50,395 bases of DNA from Chloroflexota bacterium (GTDB taxonomy: Bacteria > Chloroflexota > Anaerolineae > Anaerolineales > UBA11858). The notes beneath the pieces were generated by a model that saw only the letters and a program-made list of their open reading frames with translations, was not told the origin of the DNA and ran no database searches. A program made the position numbers and the translations under genes. The stretch lies in NCBI GenBank assembly GCA_030608465.1, contig JAUWEC010000002.1, positions 1-50,395 on the forward strand, in the 5' to 3' direction. Below, piece after piece: positions 16,664 to 25,833 of the stretch. Position 1 is the first letter of the stretch. Each line of letters starts with the position of its first letter.

Positions 16664-17820
16664 TCAGCGCTCCTTGATATGCTAGCCTTTGTTAATATAG
16701 ACAGGATATCTTCGCCAAATCTTTCCAATCTCCAGGGTACATCTGCCAGCACCTTGGCTAGTTCCTGCCCATTTGCAGGATTGGTTGATACTAACGCGTA
16801 AAGCAGTTCCCGGGGCAGAACCACTGCAGAGTTGACATTCATTTTCTGGGCAGTTTGTTTCCGCCAATCTCGGAGCGCTTTCTCCCTGGCAAAAAAAGAA
16901 TCATCGGCCCGTTCACGCCGGGGTGGACGAACCGGATCGGAAGCCAAACCAGCACTGATGGCCTGAACCAAACCTTCCGTGTGCCTCCGTAAAACATTTT
17001 TTCCCACCAGGTCCAACTTTAGAAGTTGCTGGGGGCTGGTTGGACACTGCTCTGCCAGGCTTAACAAGGTTTGGGAGCTGAACACCTTAAATACTGGCTG
17101 GTTTCTCTTCCGGGCAACCTGTTCCCGATATTCGAAAAGTTTAATCAGGACAGCTGCTTTTTGGGGTGGGAGTTTTCTGGCTCCGTTGATCCGCCAATAG
17201 GGAGCCAGTCTTTCCTCCCGATCCTGACGGTGCACTCGACAGGCGCGGGAAAAATCCTCGGTGGCAATTGGTGTAAGCCCCTTTTTCTCTAATTCTGCTG
17301 CCAGGGCGTGGCGAATTTTTAGCAGGTAGTGTGTATCCATTTGTGCATATTGGAGCATGTCTTCCGGTAAAGGACGTTTCCCCCAGTTAGCACGCTGGTA
17401 TTTTTTGTTAACCTGAATACCGACAATTTCTTCTAGGAGAGCATCAAGACCAAGTTTATTTCGGCCCAGAATTTGAGCTGCCAGCATGGTATCAAATAAA
17501 TTTCGGAAACCAAACTGATATTCGTCGTACATGATTAAAATATCATATTCAGAGGCATGGAATATCTTTTCTATGCCGGGATTTGAAAAGATCTCTCCCA
17601 GAGGGGAGATGTCCTCCAGGGCGAGAGGATCGAGAATATAATCCTTTGTGGAACTGGAAATCTGGATCAGGCAGACCTGTTCCCGGTAGGCATAGAGGCT
17701 GTTTGCTTCAGTATCAACAGCCAGAGTCTTTTCCCCTTTAAGATCCAGCAGTATTTTTTCAAAAACAGCTTGCTTGTTTACGAATTGTGGTGGTTTAAGG
17801 GTGAAATTGTTTGGCGTCAT
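16660..17820 (-). CDS. rnd: Ribonuclease D (DEDD 3'-5' exonuclease plus HRDC)
   Basis: 386 aa. Exo motifs LAVDTEANSL, HASEYDI and YAQMDTHYL, followed by an HRDC-like region. Its stop overlaps the start of the beta-CASP gene (ATGA at 16660-16663). Confidence 0.85.
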   Translation of the reverse strand: MTPNNFTLKPPQFVNKQAVFEKILLDLKGEKTLAVDTEANSLYAYREQVCLIQISSSTKDYILDPLALEDISPLGEIFSNPGIEKIFHASEYDILIMYDEYQFGFRNLFDTMLAAQILGRNKLGLDALLEEIVGIQVNKKYQRANWGKRPLPEDMLQYAQMDTHYLLKIRHALAAELEKKGLTPIATEDFSRACRVHRQDREERLAPYWRINGARKLPPQKAAVLIKLFEYREQVARKRNQPVFKVFSSQTLLSLAEQCPTSPQQLLKLDLVGKNVLRRHTEGLVQAISAGLASDPVRPPRRERADDSFFAREKALRDWRKQTAQKMNVNSAVVLPRELLYALVSTNPANGQELAKVLADVPWRLERFGEDILSILTKASISRSAE

Positions 17821-17892
17821 AGATTTATATTATAGCAGGGAGCGGTGCTTATTTGATCTCCGATAATCCCTTCAAGATAATCAAACATTCTT

Positions 17893-18195
17893 GTCATTCC
17901 GAGCCGAGCGAGGAATCCATATTGAGACAAATTGAGGGAGGAAACATACACAAATCGGACAAGGTGGCCTGATTTTTGGGTGTCACACATTAATCTTATT
18001 ATGGATCCTTACCTTCGCCTATCCTGAGCTTTATCGATGGAATCAGGTTGGCATACGCGGGGTCGCTCTCTTTTGTCATTCCGAACGTAGTGAGGAATCC
18101 ATAATACGATTAGAAACCAAACCTCCGATTTATGTGAGAAGTGATTGTTATGTTGCCTGATCTCAGCATGGATCCTTCACTTCGCTCGGGATGAC
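17893..18195. repeat. Cluster of about 26-nt hairpin-forming repeats (GTCATTCCGAGCnnAGCGAGGAATCC family) in both orientations
   Basis: Forward copies at 17893-17918, 18020-18045 (degenerate) and 18075-18100. Reverse copies at 18003-18019 (partial) and 18170-18195. Copies at 18075 and 18170 form an inverted pair around about 69 nt. Each unit contains an internal ATTCC/GGAAT stem. Confidence 0.6.
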
Positions 18196-18261
18196 AAATT
18201 GGGAGATTTTGGCTAAACCAAGAATGAGATTGTTATAATTAACTCAATCTGGGGGAAAAAT

Positions 18262-18546
18262 ATGAAAACTTATTATGTATACATTCTATCAAGTCCAGGG
18301 GGAACTCTCTATACTGGGGTTACAAACAATATCTGGGGAAGGATTCTCATCCACAAACAAAAATTTCAACCCGGTTTTACTAAAAAATATAATGTCACAC
18401 ACCTAGTCTATTATGAGGAAACATCATATATCTATTCAGTGCTAGAACGGGAAAAACAAATATATGGCTGGAGAAGAAGTAAAAAAATCCAATTAATTGA
18501 TCTCGCTATAGATTGGTACGATAAAGCGGATTTCGAGCAAGGATAA
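18262..18546 (+). CDS. GIY-YIG nuclease family protein (small stand-alone URI-domain protein)
   Basis: 94 aa. GIY (YVYIL), YIG (LYTGVT), R..H (GRILIHKQ), FTKKY, LVYYEE and REKQIYGWRRSKKIQLI match the small GIY-YIG family. The gene is visibly more AT-rich than its neighbours. Confidence 0.8.
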   Translation: MKTYYVYILSSPGGTLYTGVTNNIWGRILIHKQKFQPGFTKKYNVTHLVYYEETSYIYSVLEREKQIYGWRRSKKIQLIDLAIDWYDKADFEQG

Positions 18547-18577
18547 ATCCCAATGCAATAAACTACGCCCAGAGGCC

Positions 18578-18639
18578 TGTTCTGAGTGGAGTGGCGCGGA
18601 ACAGAAGTACTTATCCTGAGCGCAGCGAAGATGAAGTGA
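18578..18639 (+). repeat. Two further degenerate copies of the same repeat family downstream of the GIY-YIG gene
   Basis: TGTTCTGAGTGGAGTGGCGCGGAACA (18578-18603) and ATCCTGAGCGCAGCGAAGATGAAGTGA (18613-18639) share the TCCTGAGCG-AGCGAAG core with the upstream copies. Confidence 0.45.
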
Positions 18640-18654
18640 GAGAACACGAAGGGT

Positions 18655-19140
18655 TCAGGATGATATATTAGGGGAGTCCAAGATTTTTTCAAAAATCAGC
18701 GCGTCATCCCCACCTTCGTAATATGCGCGCCAGGTATCAATCTGTTGATAGGCATGTTTTTTGTAAAGTTGGATGGCGGAGTGGTTTGACTGGCGTACGC
18801 TCAAACGGATTCGGGGCAAATTGATTTGCGATTCGCAGGTCTCCAGCAGCGCTGATCCGATTCCGGCTTTCTGGTAATCTGGATGCACAGCCAAGGTGGC
18901 GATCCAGGCAGTATGCTGCATCCGGCGTAAATCAGCAGCAATGAACCCAATCATACTGTTATCATCCACCGCTTTAAACCGCAGCACCCGAGGCAGGGTC
19001 AGCACACCCAGGACATCCAGCATCGGCCAGGCATCAACCTGAAAACAGATCCTTTCCAGCTGGTAAAGCTCTCTTAAGTCATGCCAGGTAGCGGGTATAA
19101 TTTGAAATCCGCTACCTGGAAGGGTTTTAAACTCACTCAT
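18655..19140 (-). CDS. GNAT family N-acetyltransferase (RimI-like)
   Basis: 161 aa. Acetyl-CoA motif A is present: VHPDYQKAGIGSALL. Confidence 0.75.
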   Translation of the reverse strand: MSEFKTLPGSGFQIIPATWHDLRELYQLERICFQVDAWPMLDVLGVLTLPRVLRFKAVDDNSMIGFIAADLRRMQHTAWIATLAVHPDYQKAGIGSALLETCESQINLPRIRLSVRQSNHSAIQLYKKHAYQQIDTWRAYYEGGDDALIFEKILDSPNISS

Positions 19141-19175
19141 TTAACTATCCAGAAAGGTTGGGCTGAGGCAGTCAA

Positions 19176-20321
19176 TTATAGGTCTTTTTCATAGTAGCGG
19201 TGCGTTTTATACACTTTGCCACCCATGGCAATAATCGGCCTGTTCATCAAGTCATTATTATCCAGGATCCAGCTCATTTCAGCCATTTTGATGCCTTTTT
19301 TCAAGGCTGCCTGGGCAGTCTTATAGTAAAACAGGGCATCTATGCCCAACTTGCGGTATTCAGGAATCACCCCTAGCGCGTATACTCGAATCCAGCTGAT
19401 GCGTTTGCGGATCTTCCACTGCCAGACCAGTTTAACCATCGTCCACCATTCTGGGGTATTTGGTTTGGGATAAGCAAGCCGCAGCGGTTCATTTAAATCC
19501 AGAAGCGCCAGACTGAAACCGACTGTTTTTCCATCCTTTTCGGCAACAAATACTAAATCTGGGTCGAGGAGGGCATGTAATTCCTCACCCAGTTTGTCAA
19601 ACTCAGGATCGGTAAATGGAATAAAACCCCAGTTCTTTGACCAGGCATTGTTGTAGAGAAGTTTTACTTTTTCAACTTCCTCATCATACTTCTTCATATC
19701 CAAGTTGCGAATGGTGATATTTTTGCGCTCCATGATCCGGGTCGTGAGTCTATCCAGCCGACCCCCAGATTTTTCCATAAACTCTTTCACGCCCAGCTGA
19801 TACGCCCATAGATCGCGGGCATATTTGTAATTCAGCTTTTCAATATAATCTACATAATAAGGTGGGTTGTAGGTCGTCAGGATGCGGGGACGGTCGTTAA
19901 AACCATCTACCAGCAGTCCGCACTCATCATTGGTAGAAAACTGGGCTGGTCCCCTCAGGGCAGTATGTCCCTTTTCTTTTGCCCAGGTTTCAGCTGTTTT
20001 AAACAACTGCTCCGCAGCCTCATAATCTTCCAGGACTTCAAAAAAACCGAAGAAGGCAATATTTTCGTTGTGATATTCATTGTGGAGATGATTGGTGAAC
20101 ACTGCAATGGTGCCGACTATCTCGTCACCACGCAGGGCCATGTAGAACGCAACTTCAGCGTGCTGGAAGAAGGGATTCTTCTCCGGGTCGGTAAAGTGCA
20201 TTCGCTCTGAAAAGATGGGAGGGACCCAATAGGGGTCATTTTTATATACTCTCCAGGGAAATCTCAGAAATGCTTTTCTATCCTCTGTGGTCTTAACAGG
20301 TTTAATTATGAGAGATTTCAT
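19176..20321 (-). CDS. Hypothetical protein with C-terminal GNAT-like acyltransferase fold
   Basis: 381-aa ORF. C-terminal EYRKLGIDALFYY resembles GNAT motif A. The N-terminal two-thirds is unassigned. Confidence 0.5.
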   Translation of the reverse strand: MKSLIIKPVKTTEDRKAFLRFPWRVYKNDPYWVPPIFSERMHFTDPEKNPFFQHAEVAFYMALRGDEIVGTIAVFTNHLHNEYHNENIAFFGFFEVLEDYEAAEQLFKTAETWAKEKGHTALRGPAQFSTNDECGLLVDGFNDRPRILTTYNPPYYVDYIEKLNYKYARDLWAYQLGVKEFMEKSGGRLDRLTTRIMERKNITIRNLDMKKYDEEVEKVKLLYNNAWSKNWGFIPFTDPEFDKLGEELHALLDPDLVFVAEKDGKTVGFSLALLDLNEPLRLAYPKPNTPEWWTMVKLVWQWKIRKRISWIRVYALGVIPEYRKLGIDALFYYKTAQAALKKGIKMAEMSWILDNNDLMNRPIIAMGGKVYKTHRYYEKDL

Positions 20322-20427
20322 AAGATTATCCTTTGGTGATAGGAGAAAATCAGTTTACTCAGAAAGGGAAATATCTAATGATCACCCTGATTATACTAGA
20401 TAGGAATCCCTATGGTATGATTTTAGG

Positions 20428-21183
20428 GTGATAACCAAACCCTTGTTCTGGGGACTGCTCCCCCCTTATTCAATCATCCTGACCTGCAGTGCTGCGCTCG
20501 GTTTGAGCTTGTCGATCTGGCTGGTTTCAGAGCGGAAGCGATTCGTCATTGATGCCGGAATAGGACTGGTATTTGTAAGCCTGCTGGGAGCCAGGGCAGG
20601 ATATATCCTTCTGAATCTAGCCTTTTTCCGAAACCAGGCAAGCCAAATGCCTCAAATCTGGCTGGGAGGTTTAAGCTGGCCGGGTGCTCTGGTCGGAGCC
20701 TGCATTTTTTTATTGGCCATTCACCTGATCCGGAAAGAACCTGTGGGAGAATTGGCAGACAGTTATCTTCCATTGATGGGAACTGTTGCCGTTGCTATCT
20801 GGTTAACCGGTTGGGGATCAGGGATTGGTTTTGGTCCCCGAACAGATTCCTGGTTCGGGATTCCGGTCCGGGATATATTTGGAATTACTGAAAACCGCTG
20901 GCCTCTCCCTATTCTTGGGGCAGTGTTAAGCGCAGGATGGATAGCCGGTTTAGTCCTGATTCCTATGAAAAAATGGAAGGTTAATCCTGGCTGGCGGGCA
21001 ACTCTCGGAATTACTGGCATTGTGCTGATGAATGGTGTTATTTCACTCTTTCGGGTGGACCCTGTGCCTTTGTTATGGGGAATAAGAGGGGAAACCTGGT
21101 TTTCAATGGTCCTGCTAGGTAGTATTGTTGGAATATTTTTTTACCAGAGGAATTCTACAAACAATGAAGAAACTGATTCTTAA
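20428..21183 (+). CDS. Polytopic membrane protein, prolipoprotein diacylglyceryl transferase (Lgt)-like
   Basis: 251 aa with multiple hydrophobic helices. LLGARAGYILLN and IWLGGLSWPGALVGA align by eye with Lgt GGRIGYVLF and WDGGMSFHGGLIG. GTG start. Confidence 0.45.
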   Translation: MITKPLFWGLLPPYSIILTCSAALGLSLSIWLVSERKRFVIDAGIGLVFVSLLGARAGYILLNLAFFRNQASQMPQIWLGGLSWPGALVGACIFLLAIHLIRKEPVGELADSYLPLMGTVAVAIWLTGWGSGIGFGPRTDSWFGIPVRDIFGITENRWPLPILGAVLSAGWIAGLVLIPMKKWKVNPGWRATLGITGIVLMNGVISLFRVDPVPLLWGIRGETWFSMVLLGSIVGIFFYQRNSTNNEETDS

Positions 21184-21979
21184 CGCCCCCCAAGCAATCG
21201 ATTCCCTGACCAAATTCATCAAAACCACTGTGGAGAACGCCGGTTTTTCCAAAGTGGTACTGGGGGTTTCTGGGGGAGTGGATTCTTCTTTGAGCGCGTT
21301 CCTCTCCGCGCAGGCTTTGGGAGCCAAAAATGTATTAGTGCTGTGTATGCCGTATAAAACTTCCTCACCCGAATCCCTTGAACATGCCAATCTGGTCATT
21401 GAGCAGCTGGGTGTGCCGTCATTGACGATTGATATTTCTGAAGCGGTAGATGCAGTCCTGGTAAATTTCCCAGATGCAAGCCCGGTACGGCGGGGGAACA
21501 TGATGGCCAGGATCCGGATGATTAATGTATACGATCAATCGGCGGCTTTTCCTGGATTAGTGGTTGGCACAGGTAATAAAACCGAGTCCCTGCTGGGTTA
21601 CAGCACTTTACACGGAGATGGTGCATTTGATTTTAATCCGCTGGCCGATCTTTATAAAGCCCAGGTCCGGCAGCTGGCAGCTGAATTGGTTGTTCCCCGG
21701 GTGATCATCGATAAACCACCTTCGGCAGACTTGTGGGTTGGACAGACGGACGAAGAAGAACTCGGTTACACCTATGATGAGATGGACCGTCTGTTGTATG
21801 CGCTTGTGGAAGAGGGGCTCAACACCGGAGATTGTGTGAAAAAAGGATTTTCGGAAGAGTTTGTGCAGAGTATCATCAGTCGCGTAAAAAAGTATCGCTT
21901 TAAGAGCACCCTGCCTTTAGTGGGTTCTGTGGGACAGCATCCCCTGGTGGACCTGGAACAGCTTCCTGCATTTGCCTGA
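21164..21979 (+). CDS. nadE: NH3-dependent NAD+ synthetase
   Basis: PP-loop VVLGVSGGVDSS and GTGNKTESLLGYSTLHGDG. Start set at ATG 21164 (MKKLILNAP), overlapping the previous gene by 20 nt. Confidence 0.88.
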   Translation: MKKLILNAPQAIDSLTKFIKTTVENAGFSKVVLGVSGGVDSSLSAFLSAQALGAKNVLVLCMPYKTSSPESLEHANLVIEQLGVPSLTIDISEAVDAVLVNFPDASPVRRGNMMARIRMINVYDQSAAFPGLVVGTGNKTESLLGYSTLHGDGAFDFNPLADLYKAQVRQLAAELVVPRVIIDKPPSADLWVGQTDEEELGYTYDEMDRLLYALVEEGLNTGDCVKKGFSEEFVQSIISRVKKYRFKSTLPLVGSVGQHPLVDLEQLPAFA

Positions 21980-22071
21980 CAGAAATTAAGATTGGATTAA
22001 ACCATCAACCAGGTAAAGATACCCCGCTAGAAAATAAGAAAAGGTTTATCAGGTTGATTGGAGGAGAAATC

Positions 22072-23883
22072 ATGACAAAAGAAACTTTACCAGCAAGGAA
22101 TGAAATACCCCAGGAAGAGACCTGGAATCTGGAAAGTATTTTTCCAAATGTAGAAGCCTGGGAGAAAACCTATAAAATTGTGGAAAACCGTCTACCTGAG
22201 TTTGATGCGTATAAGGGGAAATTAGATCAGAATCCAAAAACACTGCTTGATTGCTTGACACTGAGGGAGGAGATCCTGCGTGAGGCTGAAAAGATCGGTG
22301 TGTACAGTGGGTTGGAGAGCTCTGTGGATGCCTCAGATCAAGACGCCCTGGCCCGTTCAGGTCAGGGGTGGGGCTTGGTGTCCAGGACAGTTGCCGCGGT
22401 TTCCTTTATTGAACCAGAGTTAATGACCCTGGGTATGGATCGGCTTAAGAAATGGATGGACGAACTGGCTGAGTTGGCGGTTTACAACCATTACTTTGTA
22501 GACCTAGAACGGCAGAAAGCACATTTGCGGTCCGCGGAGGTGGAAGAGGTGTTGGCGCTGTCAGCCGACCCCCTTACTCTCTTTCCCAGCGCCTATGGAA
22601 GCTTGACAAACGCTGACTTAAAGTTCACCTCAGCGAAGGGGAAAGAGGGCTCCGAAAGAGAAGTTGGACAAACCAGTATAGATGATTTAATCACTGACCC
22701 CGACCGGGAAATCCGCCGCACAGCCTGGGAGCATTATGCGGATGCATATTTACAGAATCAGAATACCATCGCTGCCATCCAGACCGGCGGTTTCAAACGA
22801 GATGTGTTCAGAGCCAAAGCCCGCCTGTATAGCTCCTCCCTGGAAGCGTCCATGTATCCGGTTAACGTCCCGCTGGAAGTCTTCCATAACCTGATCAAGG
22901 TATATAAAGAAAATCTGCCTACCTGGCATCGCTATTGGCGGCTCCGGAAAGAAATATTGGGCTATGATGATCTGCATGTTTATGACCTCGAAGCGCCTTT
23001 GACTTCTACAAAACCTCACATCACTTACCACCAGGCAGTTGATTGGATCTGCGAGGGTATGGCTCCCCTGGGGGAGGAATACGTCAAAATCCTCCGGAAG
23101 GGCTGCCTGGAAAGCCGTTGGGTGGATCGAGCACGCAACAAAGGTAAAGAGCAGGGAGCTTTTTCTTCGGGCGTGTATGATACACAACCTTTCATCATGA
23201 TGAGTTATGCTGACGATGTGTTCAGCCTCAGCACCCTGGCTCACGAGCTTGGACATTCAATGCATTCCTACTATACCCGGGAAAACCAGCCCTATATCTA
23301 TGGGGATTATTCTCTCTTCGTCGCAGAAGTGGCTTCCAACTTTAATCAAGCTCTGGTCCGGGATTATTTATTCCGGACCCAAGGGGATCCCAATATTCAA
23401 ATGGCGCTAATTGAAGAGACAATGTCAAACTACCACCGCTACTTCTTTATCATGCCAACCCTGGCGCGATTTGAGCTCGAAATGCATGAACGTGTGGAAC
23501 GAGGCGAACCAATCAATGCCCGGTTAATGATTGACTTGACCGCTGACCTCTTTAAGGAAGGCTACGGAGATGAAGTGGTCTTTGACCGGGATCGGATCGG
23601 CATCACCTGGGCTCAGTTCGGACATATGTACGCCAATTTCTATGTTTACCAGTATGCTACTGGGATCTCGGGTGCCAATGCCCTGGCAAACAAAGTGCTC
23701 TCGGAAGAGGAAAAAGCTGCCCAGAATTACCTCGGATTCTTAAAAGCCGGCAGTTCGTTGTATCCCCTGGATGCTTTGCAGAAAGCGGGTGTGGACCTGA
23801 CTGACCCTGAGCCGGTGAAAAAAGCCTTCCAGGTTTTGACGGATACGGTGGACCGCTTGGAAAAGTTGGCGCTCTCGTTATAG
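22072..23883 (+). CDS. pepF: Oligoendopeptidase F (M3B metallopeptidase)
   Basis: Zinc motif HELGHSMH and PepF-type length. Start at ATG 22072, preceded by GGAGGAG. Confidence 0.9.
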   Translation: MTKETLPARNEIPQEETWNLESIFPNVEAWEKTYKIVENRLPEFDAYKGKLDQNPKTLLDCLTLREEILREAEKIGVYSGLESSVDASDQDALARSGQGWGLVSRTVAAVSFIEPELMTLGMDRLKKWMDELAELAVYNHYFVDLERQKAHLRSAEVEEVLALSADPLTLFPSAYGSLTNADLKFTSAKGKEGSEREVGQTSIDDLITDPDREIRRTAWEHYADAYLQNQNTIAAIQTGGFKRDVFRAKARLYSSSLEASMYPVNVPLEVFHNLIKVYKENLPTWHRYWRLRKEILGYDDLHVYDLEAPLTSTKPHITYHQAVDWICEGMAPLGEEYVKILRKGCLESRWVDRARNKGKEQGAFSSGVYDTQPFIMMSYADDVFSLSTLAHELGHSMHSYYTRENQPYIYGDYSLFVAEVASNFNQALVRDYLFRTQGDPNIQMALIEETMSNYHRYFFIMPTLARFELEMHERVERGEPINARLMIDLTADLFKEGYGDEVVFDRDRIGITWAQFGHMYANFYVYQYATGISGANALANKVLSEEEKAAQNYLGFLKAGSSLYPLDALQKAGVDLTDPEPVKKAFQVLTDTVDRLEKLALSL

Positions 23884-23912
23884 TGACATTAATTTACAAT
23901 TCCTAATCCAGT

Positions 23913-25604
23913 TTACAAAACCACCCCGTGACGCTTCTCTAAGATCTCACAGGTGCGGTTAATCTCTTGTTGCTTTTTAGTATCATCCCAGTTCAATTCC
24001 TCGCCGACAATTCCAGCCAACTCGGTGATTGAATCGATTGAGACCTGATTAATCCAGGCCAGCTTTGAGCGGCGGATCAAGAAATCATCCAGGTGGGTGA
24101 CCATTTCCTGTTCAACCAGATAGGTAATTTCCCCCTGGGAATACCCGGGCAAATGTTTTAGGGAGGAATCGGGATTCTTTGCGAGAAAATCGGCGATCTC
24201 TGTCGTTCGTGTGCCGTAACGGGCGAAGAGCTGTTTAATTCTCCCGAGAGGAACTCCGCTCTTTTTTGCAATGTTTTTTAGCCATGTTTGCTGTTTGTAC
24301 GCGTCTGCAGGATAATCCTTTCCTCCCCCGATAGGCAGCCTTGAGGTGCTCGCCTGGCGGGCCTGGTTCAGGCGGTCAAGGACCTGATCCGCGACCTGTT
24401 CCGAAAGCGCCCGGTAGCTGGTCCACTTCCCGCCTACGAGATTAAGAATTGGCCAGGGCGTTTGAGGAGATTTTTCCAGGACTTCAATGGAATGATCCCG
24501 GCTGATCTGCCCGGTGCTTCCCTTAGTCACAGGAAGGGGACGGACACCGGAGAATTGAAATACAATTTGTTCCCTGGTTACCTTCAAGGAGGGAAAGATC
24601 TGAGGAACCATGCCGAGAATATATTCAATCTCTGTTTCGGTGCAGACAGCCTGATCGGGATTATCTATTCGAATATCAGTGGTTCCGATCATGACGTGAT
24701 CCTGGAGGTAGGGGAAGATGAGCACAATCCGCCCGTCCAAATATTCAAAAAAGATCTCGTGGCCGTCGATCGCTTCCCGCAGTTCAGGATGTTTAACAAT
24801 CAAGTGAGAGCCTTTTGTTCCGCCAATAAAGTTTGATTTGCCGTTAATTTCATTGTTGATAAAATCAATCCAGGGTCCTCCGGCATTAATTATTATGTCC
24901 GGAATAACAGAATATTCTTCCCCGCTGATTTCATCTCTAAGCAGCACCTCGTTACCTTCGGATCTCACAGGGCGGATGTAATTTAGCGCCCGGGCATGAT
25001 CCCCTTCCGCTTCTCCATCTAGAAGAATTTCTATCGCTAACCGCTCCGGGGAATACATACCACCGTCATAATAAGTGGCTGCAAAACGTATATCCTGATT
25101 TAAGGCAGGCCACTTTCTAAGGACTTTATCCCGGTTGTCGAATCGGTGTCTGGGCATGGGACTATCCCCCCGGACATAGGCATCGTACATCATCAGTCCC
25201 AATTTGATGATCACAGCGCCCCGCTCAGCTGGCCGATCCAACAGCCCCAGGAATTTAAGGGGAGAATTAAATAAACCTGAAAACCACTTAAAGATGGGGA
25301 TTGTAGTGGGTAAGGGGTGGGTCAAATGAGGTGCGTTCCGCAGCAGTTTGTTTCGTTCACGCAGGGCTTCGCGGACCAGGCGAAATTCTCCGTTCTCAAG
25401 ATAACGGATACCGCCATGCAGCATATGGGAGGAAGCCATGCTGGCCCCGGAGCAGAAGTCGGAGCGATCTATGATTAAACAGTCCACTCCCTGCAAAGCC
25501 AAATCACGAAAAGTACCGATGCCGTTTATTCCGGCTCCAATGATGAGGGCAGTTGTCTTTGGATTACTCTTAATCGACCGTATCGTTTGGACTCGATTCA
25601 TCAT
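23913..25604 (-). CDS. glpD: FAD-dependent glycerol-3-phosphate dehydrogenase
   Basis: 563 aa. FAD motif ALIIGAGINGIGTFRDLA and the SSHMLHGGIRYLE signature. Confidence 0.85.
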   Translation of the reverse strand: MMNRVQTIRSIKSNPKTTALIIGAGINGIGTFRDLALQGVDCLIIDRSDFCSGASMASSHMLHGGIRYLENGEFRLVREALRERNKLLRNAPHLTHPLPTTIPIFKWFSGLFNSPLKFLGLLDRPAERGAVIIKLGLMMYDAYVRGDSPMPRHRFDNRDKVLRKWPALNQDIRFAATYYDGGMYSPERLAIEILLDGEAEGDHARALNYIRPVRSEGNEVLLRDEISGEEYSVIPDIIINAGGPWIDFINNEINGKSNFIGGTKGSHLIVKHPELREAIDGHEIFFEYLDGRIVLIFPYLQDHVMIGTTDIRIDNPDQAVCTETEIEYILGMVPQIFPSLKVTREQIVFQFSGVRPLPVTKGSTGQISRDHSIEVLEKSPQTPWPILNLVGGKWTSYRALSEQVADQVLDRLNQARQASTSRLPIGGGKDYPADAYKQQTWLKNIAKKSGVPLGRIKQLFARYGTRTTEIADFLAKNPDSSLKHLPGYSQGEITYLVEQEMVTHLDDFLIRRSKLAWINQVSIDSITELAGIVGEELNWDDTKKQQEINRTCEILEKRHGVVL

Positions 25605-25833
25605 GATTCGTAATCTCCCATAATAACCATCCTGGATTGTAAACGATTAAGCTTGGTATTTTATGATCCGGCCTATTTGTTTTTGATATCTCACTGTCAT
25701 CTTACCCTGCTCTTCTTACCCAAAGGTTATAATATGTCAAAAGATATTTTATCATCCTGATTTCTAGTTCGTAAACAGCTGAGAATAATTACTAATTTAA
25801 CGGCGGCGATTGACCGCTCTTTGGGAGGAAAGG

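Noticed and set aside
17893-18639. CRISPR array hypothesis for the 26-nt repeats
   Set aside because: The copies occur in both orientations with irregular spacing of 0-85 nt and substantial divergence. A protein gene interrupts them and no cas genes are present. They are REP/MITE-like, not CRISPR.
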